A stretch of DNA of 64,000 bases from Bilabrum cf. latius (taxonomy: Eukaryota): contig OZ237737.1 in assembly GCA_965178125.1 (NCBI GenBank), positions 1,302,001 through 1,366,000 on the forward strand, written 5' to 3'. The position numbers and the translations under genes are program-made. This document shows positions 1-12,937 of the stretch, in pieces (position 1 is the stretch's first letter; each line of letters opens with the position of its first letter). The notes below the pieces were generated by a model that saw nothing but the letters and a program-made list of their open reading frames with translations, was not told the origin of the DNA and did no database searches.

Positions 1-3000
1 TCAGGCGGCAGTAGAGGTGCGAGCGGCCAGGCAGGACCGCAGATCGTTGAGTTGGGCCATTCTACGAGTCACGACGGCGTAGCAAGCGTTCCGCATAACC
101 AAGGCGCTGTTCTAAGGACACTTGTCGGGACCCGTGCAAGGCTCCGCAGACTCACTGCTGTTGAGCTTGCCTCCCTCCCCGGCGTATACGGCCGGGTGCT
201 TGGGCTAGGCATGGCTGCCAGAGCGCGACACCTTGGGAAAGTGGGCAGAATCAGCATGATTCTTCGCTCTCTTGGTACTGTGCATTTGTTGCTGCAGCGT
301 GCCAAGTATTGCCACAGGAACGGATCGGCAGCTCGCCTGTTTGCAGTTGGCTTCGCCCTAATGTAGCACAGGAAACGACGCCTGTTCGCAGTTGCCTCTC
401 GCGCAATGGCCCTTGGAGCTTTCGTCGCGGAGCACAGATGGCGCGTTGAGGCCAGAGAGAGGCGAAAGCACGTGCTCCTCAAGAAGGTGAGGGCAATGGG
501 GGCCAAGGCAGCCAAGACACTCATGCAGAGGCGCTAGAAGAAGGCCAAAGGCGGCAAGGCACAGCAGGGGCAGAACCCCGACGACGATTTGCTTGCGTCT
601 CTTGCGCTCACCAAGAATGTCAATTGGGACGTTGTTGACGAGGTGAGGGGTTCACTCTGGGACCAGCACCGCCGCGTGGTGCGCCCCAAGCATAACGCCG
701 ATGGCGTAGAAGCCATGGGCGACTCAGACTCGGACGAGAGGGAGGGAGAGGGGGATAATGGTGCCGGCAGCCGGGATCTGGAGCAGGCAAAGAAATCTGG
801 AATGACCTGGATGGATGCGTTCGGGCTCGACACGGACGGCACTCCGTACGATGTGTCTCCAGATAGCATCCTTCGGAACCTGCTTCGGCAATCTGCAGCG
901 CATTACAGGTCAGAGGCAGCCGCTTCTAACGCCCCTGCGAACGTGACTCCACGAGTACAGCTGGCGGCTGCTGCGTCTCCACCAGACGGAGGTCACATTC
1001 AGCACTCTCGTCGCATGTCGCAGTTCACAAGGTCCGACAACGCAGCTGCCCTCCTGGAACTCAAGCAGCTGCCCACTCCTGCCCGAGGCCAGCGCAGAGG
1101 TGCAGGCGCTACAGGAGGCATGAAGTCGCCGGGGCAGGCCGCGGCAATCGTAGCCCAGACGGCAGACGAGATCACGCAGCTTGTGTCGCACCCTGCCTAG
1201 CTACGGCTCTCTGCGCGCTTGTTTCCTGATCTCATGGACGAGTTCGGAGTTCAGATGAAGGAGTCGAGTTCCCGACGGTCCACATCGGCAGCCGGAGGGG
1301 GCGCCTCCACGCCTCGGGCTGGCCGCAAGAGTGAGGTAGTTAAACGGCTATTTGATGACGGGGATGCCAAGCAAATGGACATAGCGCTCATGCGAATCCT
1401 GCAGCAACACGAAAAGCAAGTAGCAGAAGAGAGTGGCGATACAAGGAAGGCGCGTAGGAAGGGTGCTTCATTCAGCTCGCCGGGCGCGATCGAGACACCA
1501 TACGATTGGATTGCCTGTGCGCTGCAATCTGCGGACTTGGAGGCCTTGGGTGGGATGGAGGTGGTGGAAGCGCTCCTACGGATGCCTTGCTGGGACCGTC
1601 GCCTCGCTGACATCGTCAAGGCCCACGTGGCGAGGCAGCGGAGTCTCACCGCTGATGGCGCGCAGTACGACGTTGGGGCCGATCGCGCATTTGGTCCGGC
1701 GGAGCTGTTCGTCCTGTCTGTTCCCCTCGGAGTGTCGCAGGCGCAACAAAAGCTCAAGTGCTTGCAGTTCGTGGGCGGAGTCTCTGAATCTATTCAGCAC
1801 CTCCACGTCCCAGTGTCACGACTGCAGCGAGCCTGCAACGAGGTACTGCAAAGCCCCAGGCTGGTCGTCCTTCTTCGCGATGTGATGCTCCCAGCCGGCA
1901 ATGCTCTCAACACGCATTCTTCCAAGGCAGCTGCGTCTGGTATCAAGCTGTCGAGCCTGCCTGCTCTTGCCCGGACGCGCAGCAAGTCGAACGTGAGTCT
2001 GCTTCGGTATGTCGCCCAGAAGCTCGTACGGCTCGCCGATTCGGAAGCAGCACAGTCAGCAGGATCACCCGAGTCTGTGCAGCAGCACACTTCCGCTGCT
2101 ACTGCCACCCATGACTCCCACGGAAAGCTACTGGGGTCCCCCTCCGTGCGCCTGCTCACGCATGGTAGGCTGCAGCGCGTGCCCGGCTCGGCATCATCGG
2201 CAGCGGGCATCGCGATGCAGCAGCTCCCTGCTATTGAAGAGAGCACAGCGGAAGATCCAACGTCCCCCGAGGCCCAGGCGCCGCCGCAGACACCCAAGCC
2301 AGGAACACCGCTTGATTCGCCCGCCACGGAACTGCAGCAGCGAGCGACCCCTCGCCAAGGCGCTGGGGACGCGAGGAGGCCGCTCATGAGGCGAACGTCT
2401 TCCATGTGCGCGAGGAAATCGTTTGCCAGCGTGAGCGTGCAGGAGTTGCTTGATCCTGCAGAGGAAATCCCTACAGCCATGACAGTTGGCCGTGTTTCCC
2501 TTGATCAGGTAGTGTCCGACTCGATCTAGCTGCATGGCCAGTGCCAGCAGCACATCGACTTCGTCAAGAGGCTTGTCGAGCTCGAACGGAAGAAAAGGCA
2601 GCACGACTTGGAGATGGCAGAGCGCGAGGATGCGCAGGAGTTTGCTTCGATGATGGACGAGGAGGGAGCCATAGTGCCGGCTACGAGGCACCGGCGCCGA
2701 GTCACGGTGGATCGACGCGACACCCAGAGCACCGCCTCGTTCTCCAGCGTGGTCGAGCCCATGCTGCTGCGTGCTGAAGCTCGCATCTCTCAGCTACTGA
2801 CTATCAGCCTAGAGGCCATTCTTGGCTACGTGGAACTGTGCAGGTACACGTGCGAACTGCCGGCCCTGCCGCAGCAGGCGGCTGAGCTGCGCGAGCTGTC
2901 CCTCTCCGTGGCCATCCGGATCGCCACTCGGCACGGGACCGTGGTGCACCCCGGGCACCCTGCCGTACAGTCTTCCCTCCCCGAGCCAGAGGGCGATGAA

Positions 3001-3306
3001 GATGACTGCGTGACGTGCTCAGAGCTACTAGATTCTGTGCAGTGGTTTGTGCAGGAGTGGGGCAAGGAGGTAGCTTACTGCAAGCTCAGACTAGAGCAGG
3101 AGAAAAGGCAGGCGGCTCTGTCGCAGCAGCGGTCTGGTAGGAGCAGGCGAACTCCGGGAAAGGGTGGACGGAAAGCCGAGCTGCGGGCTTCGCTTGAGCA
3201 TGCTCTAGCTACCAGGCGATTGAGCGATCGTGCCACTCCCCAGCGCAAGCTTCGACGCGAAAACAGCGCCGACTCCATGCAGATGCACGACGGCGACTCT
3301 GATTGA
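1..3306 (+). CDS. FH2-domain formin, 5' partial; one frame if TAG is sense
   Basis: ORFs 52-366, 589-1200, 1219-2529 and 2608-3306 share a frame and are separated only by TAG (364, 535, 1198, 2527); ends TGA. FH2 motifs: KNVNWDVVDEVRGSLWD (lasso) and LQRACNEVLQSPRL...GNALN...GIKLSSLPALARTRS...SLLRY. Confidence 0.85.
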
Positions 3307-3369
3307 ATGAACGAGTCGCAGTATTATTTTTACTTGTGTTTTTGACCTCATCATTACGTTACAAATACC

Positions 3370-6300
3370 TTATCGACCCCGCCCACGCCCTCGCCCGCGC
3401 CCACGCTTGGAGGCCCCACGGAACCCCTGGCTTGCACCAGCAGGCACACCATCACCGTGGCTGTCCATTTCTGGTCCACGAGCAACCACCGCACCAGCTT
3501 CATTCCGGCGGGCCGGCGCCATGCTTGTGACCTCAGCCGCCTTGCGAGTTTGTCGTGACTTCTCTCCCCTTTTGCCACGCCCTCTGCCCCTGCCACTACC
3601 TCTGCCTCGATTCTACCCACTCTGTCTCTTCTGCGAAACCTACTCCCGATACGAAGCACCAGCATGCGCAGCGTCGCTGATGCCGGCGGCTGCCGAAGAC
3701 GGCGGCAAGGCGGGTACTGGCAGCGCCCTCGCGACGCCTCCAAACGCAAGGGCTCCGGAAGCTATCGGGCTCTCAACGGATGGATCCGTGGGAAGCACAC
3801 CGGTGAGCTCTGTCCTATCGGCCGCAATCTCCTGCACAAGTGCAAGGCACGACACTCGAGAGCTAGAATCAGAACCGTCTCCATGCTGCGCCCTGACCGG
3901 GTTACTCGGCCAGCCGTACGTGTGACCGATCCCGTACAGCTCCCGAAGCGTGGACTCGACCATGCTGCTAGCATCGACACCAGTTGGCCAGTCCTCGTTC
4001 TCATAAACAGCAGCGAACAGCTTGCACAGCCGCAGGGCGGCCCGAGCGTCCTCCACCGAATCGTGCGTGGCGCTCTACAGGCCCTCCTGTTCCAGCAGCT
4101 GCGCAGCGAGGAATCGCAAGGGCAGGCTCCTGTCGCCCGGGAGCTTCCAGAGGTGCGCAGAATCCCGCACCTGCCGCGGGGGCACAACGATGCCCAGCGT
4201 CTTGAAATCGTTCTCGAGTCCATGCCCCACGATCGTGCACCCCTGGTCCACGAGCGCCCTCAGCTTCAATAGGACGCTGCGAAGGGGGACGAGCACGCGC
4301 TCTGCGCGGGACTCGTCCAGGTCGGCCGGTGTGACGCCCGAGAATCGCGTGAGGTAGTCCACGATGGGCTCAGTCACGCGGATCCAGTCGTCAAACACCA
4401 CGCTGCCGTCGCTCCGAACCACACTCACCCGTGCCGGTGCAAGCCTAGCAGGTCGCACGACCACTTGCCGCCCATCCGTGTCAAGGCGCGTCTCCTGCAC
4501 CTGCACAGACACAAACTCCGCATCGAGAGCTAGCTCGTCGCCAGGCTGTGGCCACTCCTCGGGTGGGAGATTCAGCTGGCCGGCAGCGACAGGCTTGCCC
4601 CGAGCCGCCGCCGCAGAGAGCTGGGACTGGGAGAGCTCGACACCCCAGGAGAACACGCGCAGCGGGACGGCACTGACGGCGGAACCCGGTGTCACCGAGG
4701 CCCAGGCCTTCTGTAGCACGGGCAAGGAGGCAGCCTGCGGCCCGGACAGGTCGGAGAGCGGGAAGAATGCGCTGCAGTCGGGTGCCTCGTCCTGCAGGGT
4801 GCAGCTAGCGTACAGCATCGTGCATGGGGTCACGGCGGCATGGTTCAAGATGTCCTGCACTGAATGAAAGCCACTCAGTAGGCCGATTCGGCCAGGTGCC
4901 AGCGAGAACCACTGTGACTTTGTGTCAGAGTCGCGAAGGTGCGACAGACCGGCGTCTTCGGGCGCGACCAGGGTGGCGTGCCGCTGATCCACGCGTGCGA
5001 GCACCGCGTAGTGGCCCGAGCTATGCTCGGCCTCGCTCGTCTTGCGCACGCCAGCGGGTGCAGGACCGGTCCCGTCGTCTGCAGTCTCGTCTTCTTGCTC
5101 CGGGGCACCCCTGCGGTTCCAAGCCTCGTCCACGTGGACGACCGCGCCAACTAGGCGGTACTTCCTCCGGGTAGCAAGCTTGAGCCCGTGGGTGCCATGC
5201 GACTCCCGACCGCCGTACGGGTGAATGCCCAGGCCCTCACCCACGTACTGCCCGGCCCATGTCGTTGCAACTCCCCCTGCAGCCACACTAGGCCCAGACG
5301 GGGAGCCACCTGCCTGAAGCCCCCCAGCCTTCGAGTCGGGACACTCCACGCGTACCTCGCCGAAGACCTCCGGCAGCCCACCCGAGGCAGCCGCCCCTTT
5401 GCTGTCGTCGAAGCCCCTGCCGTCTAGGCGCCCGATCGAATCGAGGACACCTCGCGAGCAGCGGCCCTCCGCGACAAACTCCTCCGGAAACCAGCAGCTG
5501 CCAGGCCCGGCATCGCTGTTTCTGATCACGCCGAGGCCCTCTTCGTCGTCGATGCCCGGCAAGAGGACGAGCGTGGTCGGTAGGGACAGGAGCACGCGAG
5601 AGTCCACGATGGGCGCACCCCTGTGCCTAGGAATGGCGCGAGCTCCGCTGATAGCTCGGGACAGCAGGCGAGGGAAGGAGAGACGGCCAGCTGGCCCACT
5701 GGCGCCCCCCTCCACCATGATCTCCCCGTGGACAAAGTCGCTGGGCCTCTCCCTCGCCCGCTGGGCAGATGCCTCGGCGCTTGCCCGAAGGTCCATCGAG
5801 GCGTGGCGCCTGTGCCTGCGGCCCCCCGTCCCGTCCCCCAGCACAGAGAGGGTGCGAGCGCGCAGTGAGTCGAGCAAAGTGGCAGCCAGGGTGCGATCTG
5901 CGGCGCTCGTTGCGCTCTTTGCACTGCCAGGGACAGGGCCTGCCGAGGTCTTGTCTCGGGTCCTGCCAGCCACGTCATCGATGATGTGGCTTAGAGCATA
6001 CTGCGCAAACGTGTGCATTCGCTTTGCCGGTGGCGCGTGGGTAGGGTGCAGGAAGCCGAGGTTTCCGACACCTTTCAGCTGTGCGACAGCTCGCGCCACG
6101 TTGTCAGGGGGCAGGGCCATGTCCTCTGGCGGCAGGGAAGTGACGGCCATGGTGATAGCGTCAAAGAGCAGCCGGGCCTCGCTGGCCAGGCACCTGGGCG
6201 ACGATGACAGGTGCAGCTGCACGCTGCCGCGGATCTCGGGCACAAAGTACAGCAGCTGAAAGAACTGGGCGGTGAGGTCGTTCTCGCCGGATGGCATCAG

Positions 6301-9300
6301 CGGGACGATCGGGATCTGCGCGGATGCACCCGTTCCAGATCCAGACCCACCGCCACCGCTGCTGCCGTCAACCTACTCGACAAGGCTCTGGTTGTCGCGC
6401 GACCAATCCACCATCCAGATAGGCCTACCTCCGATTACACCCCTGCCACCTGCTGCCCCAGTCTCGAGGCGACCCCCCACGCGCTCGCGAGAGGCCGCAG
6501 CCGCGCGCACGCCCTTTGGGGCTGGGACACGGACCGCCCAGGGAGGCACGCCAAGCCTGCCTGCGGAGCCGTCGTCGCGCGGCTCGATTCCAAGCAGCAT
6601 CAGCAGCTCGTCGCCTGTGACGTGGGGCCCAATCGCCTCAACGGTCGCCAGGTCGTCCTGCAGCTTCGAGTCCTCCTCCGTCTCGAGCTCCGACTGGGAC
6701 GTGTCCAGCCCGCCGGCGGACACGGCGCTCACCGCACGGCCCCGCCGCGCCGCCCGGCGCGACCTGTCCGCGATCCTCGCGAGCATTCGCAAAGCCAGGG
6801 CGCGCGAGAGCACCTTGGGCTTCGAGGCGGCAGCAGCGGCTGCTGCCGCACCGGCTCCGCCGTCTGCCTTGGGTTCCGCCCTCGATGGGTCGCTGGCAGA
6901 CCGCACTACCTCCGTGACGGGAGGCACTGCCCCCAGGTAGACTGCTTGATCGATCCAACGGTTGCTGTACAGCAGGGCGGACGGGTCGATGCCCTGTGCG
7001 TCCTTCTCGTCAGACCAGCCCTGTACTAGCAGGGAGCGAATCGTGTCTGCAGGGGTGCCCTTGCCGACCATGCCAGACGCAGCGGCCAGAGGCAGCGGGC
7101 CTATGAGTCCTGCGCCCGGAGTTCGTTCCATGGGGGCAGGGACGGGCAGGGAGCCCGAGGCAACGGCTTGCTGGTCCACCTTCCGCGCCAAGGGCACGCG
7201 GGGTACCCTCCTCGACGACCGGTCCGACTCCAGCACCGGGTGCAGGTGGCAGCTGGCCCGATCGGCGCCGGTGATGGAAGGCTAGCCCGAGAACGCGCCG
7301 GCTGGCTGACCCCCGAAGACGGATTGAGCTGATTGCCTGCCGCTGTAGCCACCGTCCCTCCAGCTACCGGCCTGCGCATCTGAATGGCCTTCGAACCCTT
7401 GCTGGCCGGCCCCGGCCCTGCGAGGCGGCGCCCTCGGGGGCAAAAAGAACGACAGCAGCTTTGTGGTATGTGCCCCCGGCCCGCCAACCCCGCGCCCACC
7501 AGCTCCGCGCCCCACGAAGCCCCTCCCCTGGGGCGGCCCAGCGCCCACATCCGGCAGCACTGAGTGGTGCGCCGGGCCCTGGCTGCGTGCCAGGCTACGA
7601 GCATCACCCAGCACGACGGCGAGTGAAGCGATCCCCCAGTCGTCCACGTCCACGGAATCGCCGCTCCCAATCTTCGCCCCGCTCTCTGCCCTCGCGCCCT
7701 CCAGCAGTGCCTGCGTCTCGCCCTGCGCCTGCCCGTCTCCCTGGTCCCCGTCCCCCAGCGGCGCGTGCCGCCTGACGGCGACAGGCGGGTCTGTGGCGCC
7801 GATCTGGGCGCCCCTCCCTAGAGCCTTGCAAGACGACAGGCTCACCTGCATGCCCCTGCCCTGCAAGGCCTGCGCCACCCACGGCGCCACGAAGGCCACG
7901 GTCAGTCCCAGTGAGGCCACGGGGGACAGCCCCCTCATGATCTCCACAGCGGTGCCCCTGTCCCCTGCCGCGTCAAGAGCGCGGGCCTCTATGCGGGCTC
8001 GCTCCCGGCGCTCGACCGTGTCCAGCTCCACCGCGCCTCCCATGATTGCCACCGGCAGCAGCCCGGGACCCTTTCCCTCCAGCACCACGTGCGCTGCGAT
8101 GAGGTCTCCGGAGGGTGCCACGGCCATGCCCGCCAGCCTGCGGGACACACCCCGTGCGGCCCTCGTCGGGTCGAACGAATTCATCTCGCCGTCCTCCACT
8201 CCGGCGGCGCGCGCCAGATCTAGCGCTTGCTCCGTCTGCAAAGAGCTCGAATCCACCGACGTCGCCGCTGCCTTGTGAACCTGACCCTCGATGCATGTGG
8301 CACCAAAGGTGCTTAGGTCGTCTCGGCTGGGCCCACCGAACCCGCCCCCGCCCACGGCACTGGCCTGCGCAGCGGCAGCGGCTTGCGGATTCGACAGGTC
8401 GATCACTTGCGCCCTGCCTCCTCGAAACCCAACCACGACTGCCGCGCCCGCAGCCGCACCGCCCCGGCGCCCGCGCCTACCCGGCCCGCCCGTCATGTGG
8501 CTCGATGCCGACCTTGCAGCAGGGGGCAGCTCCTTCAGCGCCACGGGAGCCGCTTCCGCCAAATAGGAATGGACGATCTTCTGACGCACGGCCCACGTGT
8601 CTGCGCCGGTCAGTTCCCTGTCGAATGCGGCGCAGCTGACCCCTCTCGGGCTAGCCATGTCTCGGGGGGTGGCGAGCGGCACCAGGGCCACTTGCCTGTG
8701 CATGCGGACATCAAAGACCCGGAGGGCCGTGTCAGCCTGCGGCAGAGCCCGTGCACCGTCCTTGCTGGTATGTGATGAGTGAGGTGGCTCGCTGCGCAGG
8801 CCGATGGTCATGAGGTAGTCGCCCGAGGTGGCCATGGCTAGGCAGCCTCCCGAGTGTCCCTCCAGTGAGGCGATTCGCTCTGTCTGGCGCAGGTTGGGGT
8901 CGAACATGGAGATCGCAGGGCCCTCAGCGCTTCCTGCAGCGAGGATGCGGCTCCTGAGGCCGCCGCCCGCGAGGAACGAAGCGTCGTGGTTGTCGGGGCC
9001 GGCTGGCACACGGGAGAGCACGCTCGGGGCGTACGAGCCGGGCCCGGGTCCAGGCCCGTGCTGCTGCTCGGAAGAATCGCCGAGGATGCCTAGGCTGGGA
9101 AGCATCGTGGCAGCGGGATTATCGTCTCCAGTTGTTGATGCCGCGGTGGCGGCGGATCGTGCGGCCCAACCGAGGGCGCGCCGCACGGTCGAGCCGCGAT
9201 GCTTGCTCTCTCGTGCCAAGTCGAGGAGACACAGACCACCGAGTCCAACTCCACCAACAACAATGCGTTCTGCGGATGGCACGTAGGCTGTTAGCCCGTC

Positions 9301-9757
9301 ACCGTACGAGAGCCTTGCCTCGAGCGAACTGCCTATCGCAGCCATCGATCGCAGTTGATGGTGCTGCGTCGCATCAGCGGCTATGGATGCTGCCGGCACA
9401 TGCGCCCGCAGCACGCAACCACGATCATGCAAACGAATTGAATCATCTGCGAGCGACACGATGCCCCTGCGGTACAAAAAAAATGTGCAACAGCGCCAGC
9501 ATGCGGTAATGTGGCATGCAACAGAGCAAGTGAACTTAGGACCACAAGTCTACTTACTCATCCACAGCAACAATTGAGGAAATGGCGCTGAACGCCCCCT
9601 AGCACGCAGCAGAGGTGCGCAGGGATGGGAGCTCAAAAGCTGCAAGAGCGCCGATTGAATTGGCTGCCCACAGTCGCTCAAACTTAGAGTCAAACTCCAC
9701 AGCGGTAGGATTTCTCAGTAATTCTGTTGCTCCGGAATCGAGCCATGGTAAGTCCAT
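3370..9757 (-). CDS. PAN2: PAN2 poly(A) nuclease catalytic subunit (WD40, UCH-like and DEDDh exonuclease domains)
   Basis: Exon 1 9558-9757 (VEFDSKFERLWAANSIG), intron 9467-9557, then one frame through ORFs 7282-9477, 6373-7236, 4075-6297 and 3640-4056. TAGs at 9599, 7282, 6373, 4075, 3640 and 3613; ends TAA at 3370-3372. Motifs ALDAEFV, IVDYLTRFSG, IVGHGLENDF, HDSVEDARAAL. Confidence 0.9.
9467..9557 (-). other. Spliceosomal intron of PAN2
   Basis: GTAAG...TTTTTTTTGTACCGCAG; removal joins VAVD-E-GIVSL in frame. Confidence 0.75.
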
Positions 9758-9854
9758 GGATTCGCGACTCTGAAACGCCCGCTGGCCTATAGCAGAAATA
9801 AATGGATTGACGAAGGCATGTTCTTCCTTTCCGTAAACTAAAACTAGTTTTGAA

Positions 9855-9862
9855 TATTATAA
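9855..9862 (+). promoter_or_regulatory. TATA-like element upstream of 5S rRNA gene
   Basis: TATTATAA in an AT-rich patch about 16-23 nt before the predicted 5S start. Confidence 0.35.
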
Positions 9863-9877
9863 TACCATTGTGTGGTT

Positions 9878-9996
9878 GTCTTCGTTCATATGTGATTGGA
9901 CCCGCCTGAGCCCTGCCGACCTCAGAAGCTAAGCAATCACCAGTCGGGCCAGTACTAGCGTGGGTGACCAGCTGGGAAGCCCCGATGATGAAGGCC
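9878..9996 (+). rRNA. 5S rRNA gene, single dispersed copy
   Basis: About 119 nt. Terminal helix GTCTTCGTT/GATGAAGGC; helix GTGATTG/CAATCAC; box A-like GAAGCTAAGC; AGTACTAGCGTGGGTGACCAGCTGGGAA matches the eukaryotic loop E/box C region; followed by an oligo-T run. Confidence 0.9.
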
Positions 9997-9999
9997 TCA

Positions 10000-10004
10000 T
10001 TTTT
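10000..10004 (+). terminator. RNA polymerase III oligo-T terminator
   Basis: TTTTT a few nt after the 5S 3' end. Confidence 0.7.
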
Positions 10005-10093
10005 GTTCCAGGTGCTTTGATATCTCTTTCCTCGATATCGTCTGGTACAGCTTCAACTTTTTGGAACACTGAATCTATGCTATATGGAAATGT

Positions 10094-12937
10094 TCAGAAC
10101 CTGTGAGCACCCTTGGTTGCAGTGCCTCTCCGCCCTTTTTTCCCCAACCTTCGCCCGCGGCCGCCGGCCACTCCTTTTGCTCTGGCACCCCCACCGACCT
10201 GCTTGGCCATCTCAGCGTTCAAGCCGGCCACAAGCGCATCCATACTGTGCTCTCCAGCGCCAGCGCCCTCTGGCTGGCTCTTCCTCCCTTCGCTCTAGCC
10301 CTCCTCATCACCCTCGCCCTCGCCATCATCGCCTGCCCCGTATTCGTACCCTCCCACAAAGGTCTGTTCCCCGGCCCACGGCACTGTCCCACTGGCACCA
10401 TCCTAGTGCTCAGCACCGCCATGCAATGCACCATAGATTCCCCCCTCCCCCTGCCCCTGCCCCTAACCCCCTCGCTGCTGCTGCTGGTCTTCGATCGGCA
10501 GCGCGGGCGGAGGGGGAGGTGGCCTGGACTCAGCCACCTTGGACTCGGGAGCAGACGGCAGCCTGTTGAGCCCTCGGGTACTTGAACTCGCAGGACCAGC
10601 GCCAGCGCCAGCGCCTCGTCCGCGCCTCCGGTCACCCCCACCACCCCTGCCCCCGCTGCCCCGGGCCGCGTATCCCCCCCCCGCGCCCGCCCCATGAGCC
10701 CCGCCTAGACGCCCCTGCACAGCGTACCCGTTCCTGGCCGCATCTGCACTACCATGCGGTGCACCCAACCCCGCGCCGGTCCCTAGGACGTCCGGGCCGT
10801 TGACCTCCGCCGCGTCGATGACCAGGTCAAGGGCAGCGAGTCTGGCCTGCAGCTTGTGGCTCCTCAGCCGCTCGCGGTTGGCCTCCTGGCCCTTGCGCTG
10901 GGCAGCGACTCGGAGCCGCTCGCGGTCACTCGTCATCTCACCGACCTCGACCCGGAGCCTCTGCAGCGATTTCTCCGTGACCTCCCTGTAGAGCTCGAAG
11001 TCGGCCACCTGGTTCCGCAGCCTCTTGATCTCGTCATGTTGGGAGGCCAGCTTGGACTGCATGCCCGGCGGCACGCGCACAGGCTGCGCGAGCTTGGCCC
11101 GCAGCTGCTCCTGCTCCTCGAGCAACTGCTCCATTCTGCGCTCCATTTCCGCGGCTCGGGCCTCCGCAGCATCGGCGCGGGCGGCATGTCTCTGGGTCTC
11201 TGCTTTCTGCGCCTCGAGGTCGCCCAGGATGGAGTCGAGCCACGCGGAGGAACCAGCCCGCTTGAGCGTCTTGCCACCGCCCTGTTGCTGATGAATCTGC
11301 TGCATTGGCTGGCCAAGCGATCGGCCGATGCTCTGCGCAGGTGCTCCCGGTGCATTGAACTGCTCCGCAGACTGCACCCCGCTCCCCGACGCAGGTGCAG
11401 CTTCGTGGGCATCGGCTCCAGCATAGGGGGCCGCAAACCCAATGCCTGACCCGGGCTCTGACGATTTTCCGCCCGTGCCCGCACCCGGGCTCGCGTCCTC
11501 GCCGTCCTCGAACCGTCGCACGGTAGGCAGGTGCCCGGTGGCCGCTGTTGCCGCCCGCCCCAAGGATGACTCCGCCAGCTCCCGCTCGAGACCGCTCTCT
11601 TGTTCCCCGGGCACCAAATTTCCATCCTCGTCGACCATCATCCTTCCCTTCTCACCGCCCGCCGCCCTGACCCCTGCCTCCTCGCCCTCCTCCTCTGCCT
11701 CCTCCTCCTCCTCCTCACCGCCGTCCTCTGCGGAGGACTCTCTGTCGTCGCGCAGCAGGGCACGGATCCGGGAGGAGAAGCGGAGGGTCGCGACCATCGC
11801 CGGCTGGTCGGCGAGCGCACTCGTCACACAGCCCACGAAGAGGGCTTTCTGCAGCCGCAGCAGCGGGCGCCGGAGCAGCTGCGTGACGACAGAGCCGGCG
11901 AAGGGCGCGGATGGCTCCGCCCGCTCCAGGGAGGAGAGCACACGCTGCAGGCTTCGAACCCACGGAAGCACGCCATCCTCCTGGGTGCCTTCGTCCTCCT
12001 CGAAAATAGGATCCACGGCGGACGCGTCGCCCATGCGGACAAGGCACAGCTGGGAGGTGAGCGTCGGTCGCCGGTCGGGCTCGCTGCCATCGCTGCTGCC
12101 GTCGCCAGCGGCTGCCGCACCGCTCCTCCCACCCTTTCCGCGGGAAGATTTCGCCGCTGCAGTTGCAGTGTACGCGTGGACTGGTGTCTGCAGCAGCGTG
12201 AGGCAGACGACGTCGTGCGGCACGGGATCGGCATCCGGATCGACGGGAAGCCCCTCCGCGTCGCCTTGCTCTGCCTCTTCGCTCGGGGGATAGACGCACT
12301 GCGCCAGCTATTCTACGTCTTCTTCAGCCTGTACCTAGACTTCCCACAGACCAGGCACGACCGGACCTAGCATGGGGTCGTCGCGAAGTGAAAGCGCTGG
12401 CGCTTGTGGAGCGTCGGATCCGCCGCCGGCCGAGCTCGAGGCTCCCGCGCCCGGCCCACCGGACGCTGTTGCCCTCAAAATATCGCGAATTTTGTCTCGT
12501 CTGATCTGGTACCATGCCATTCGCACGACTGGGCGCCACGCGTGCGCATCTTTGCGGGTTCCTAGCCTGCGAAAGAGCTCCCCGGCACACTGGGAGAGCA
12601 ACGACCTGGCCCCACCAGGACGAGCAGATGGTGGACCATGGGCTAGAGCATATTTTCCTGGCCCATCCTCACCCATTAGGACAACGCTTGCGCTGTGGCC
12701 TTCGCACACTGCTGCAACTGCTGAAGAAATGTCACTGTGCAATGCCCCTTGCCGCGCTGCCACGGCCGTCACTGTGGCGTCATAATCAAACCGGACGACT
12801 TCGTTTATTCTAGTTCCTGGCGCGAACACCGCCTGGCGCTCATCGCTCATCATCATCCCGCCTTCGTCCTCGCCCCTGGACACTAGCACAACTCGTCCCA
12901 ATCGCAGCGGGTCCGCATCGGCTCCTGCTTTCGGCAT
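10094..12937 (-). CDS. Divergent kinesin-motor-like protein with C-terminal coiled coil
   Basis: ORFs 12335-12937 and 10463-12223 plus tail in one frame; TAGs at 12335, 12308, 10463, 10403 and 10295; ends TGA. Kinesin-like segments VRFDYDATV, VCEGHSASVVLMGEDGPGKY, VRMAWYQIRRDKIRDIL, LRDDPMLGPVVPGLWEV, SVVTQLL. Confidence 0.7.
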
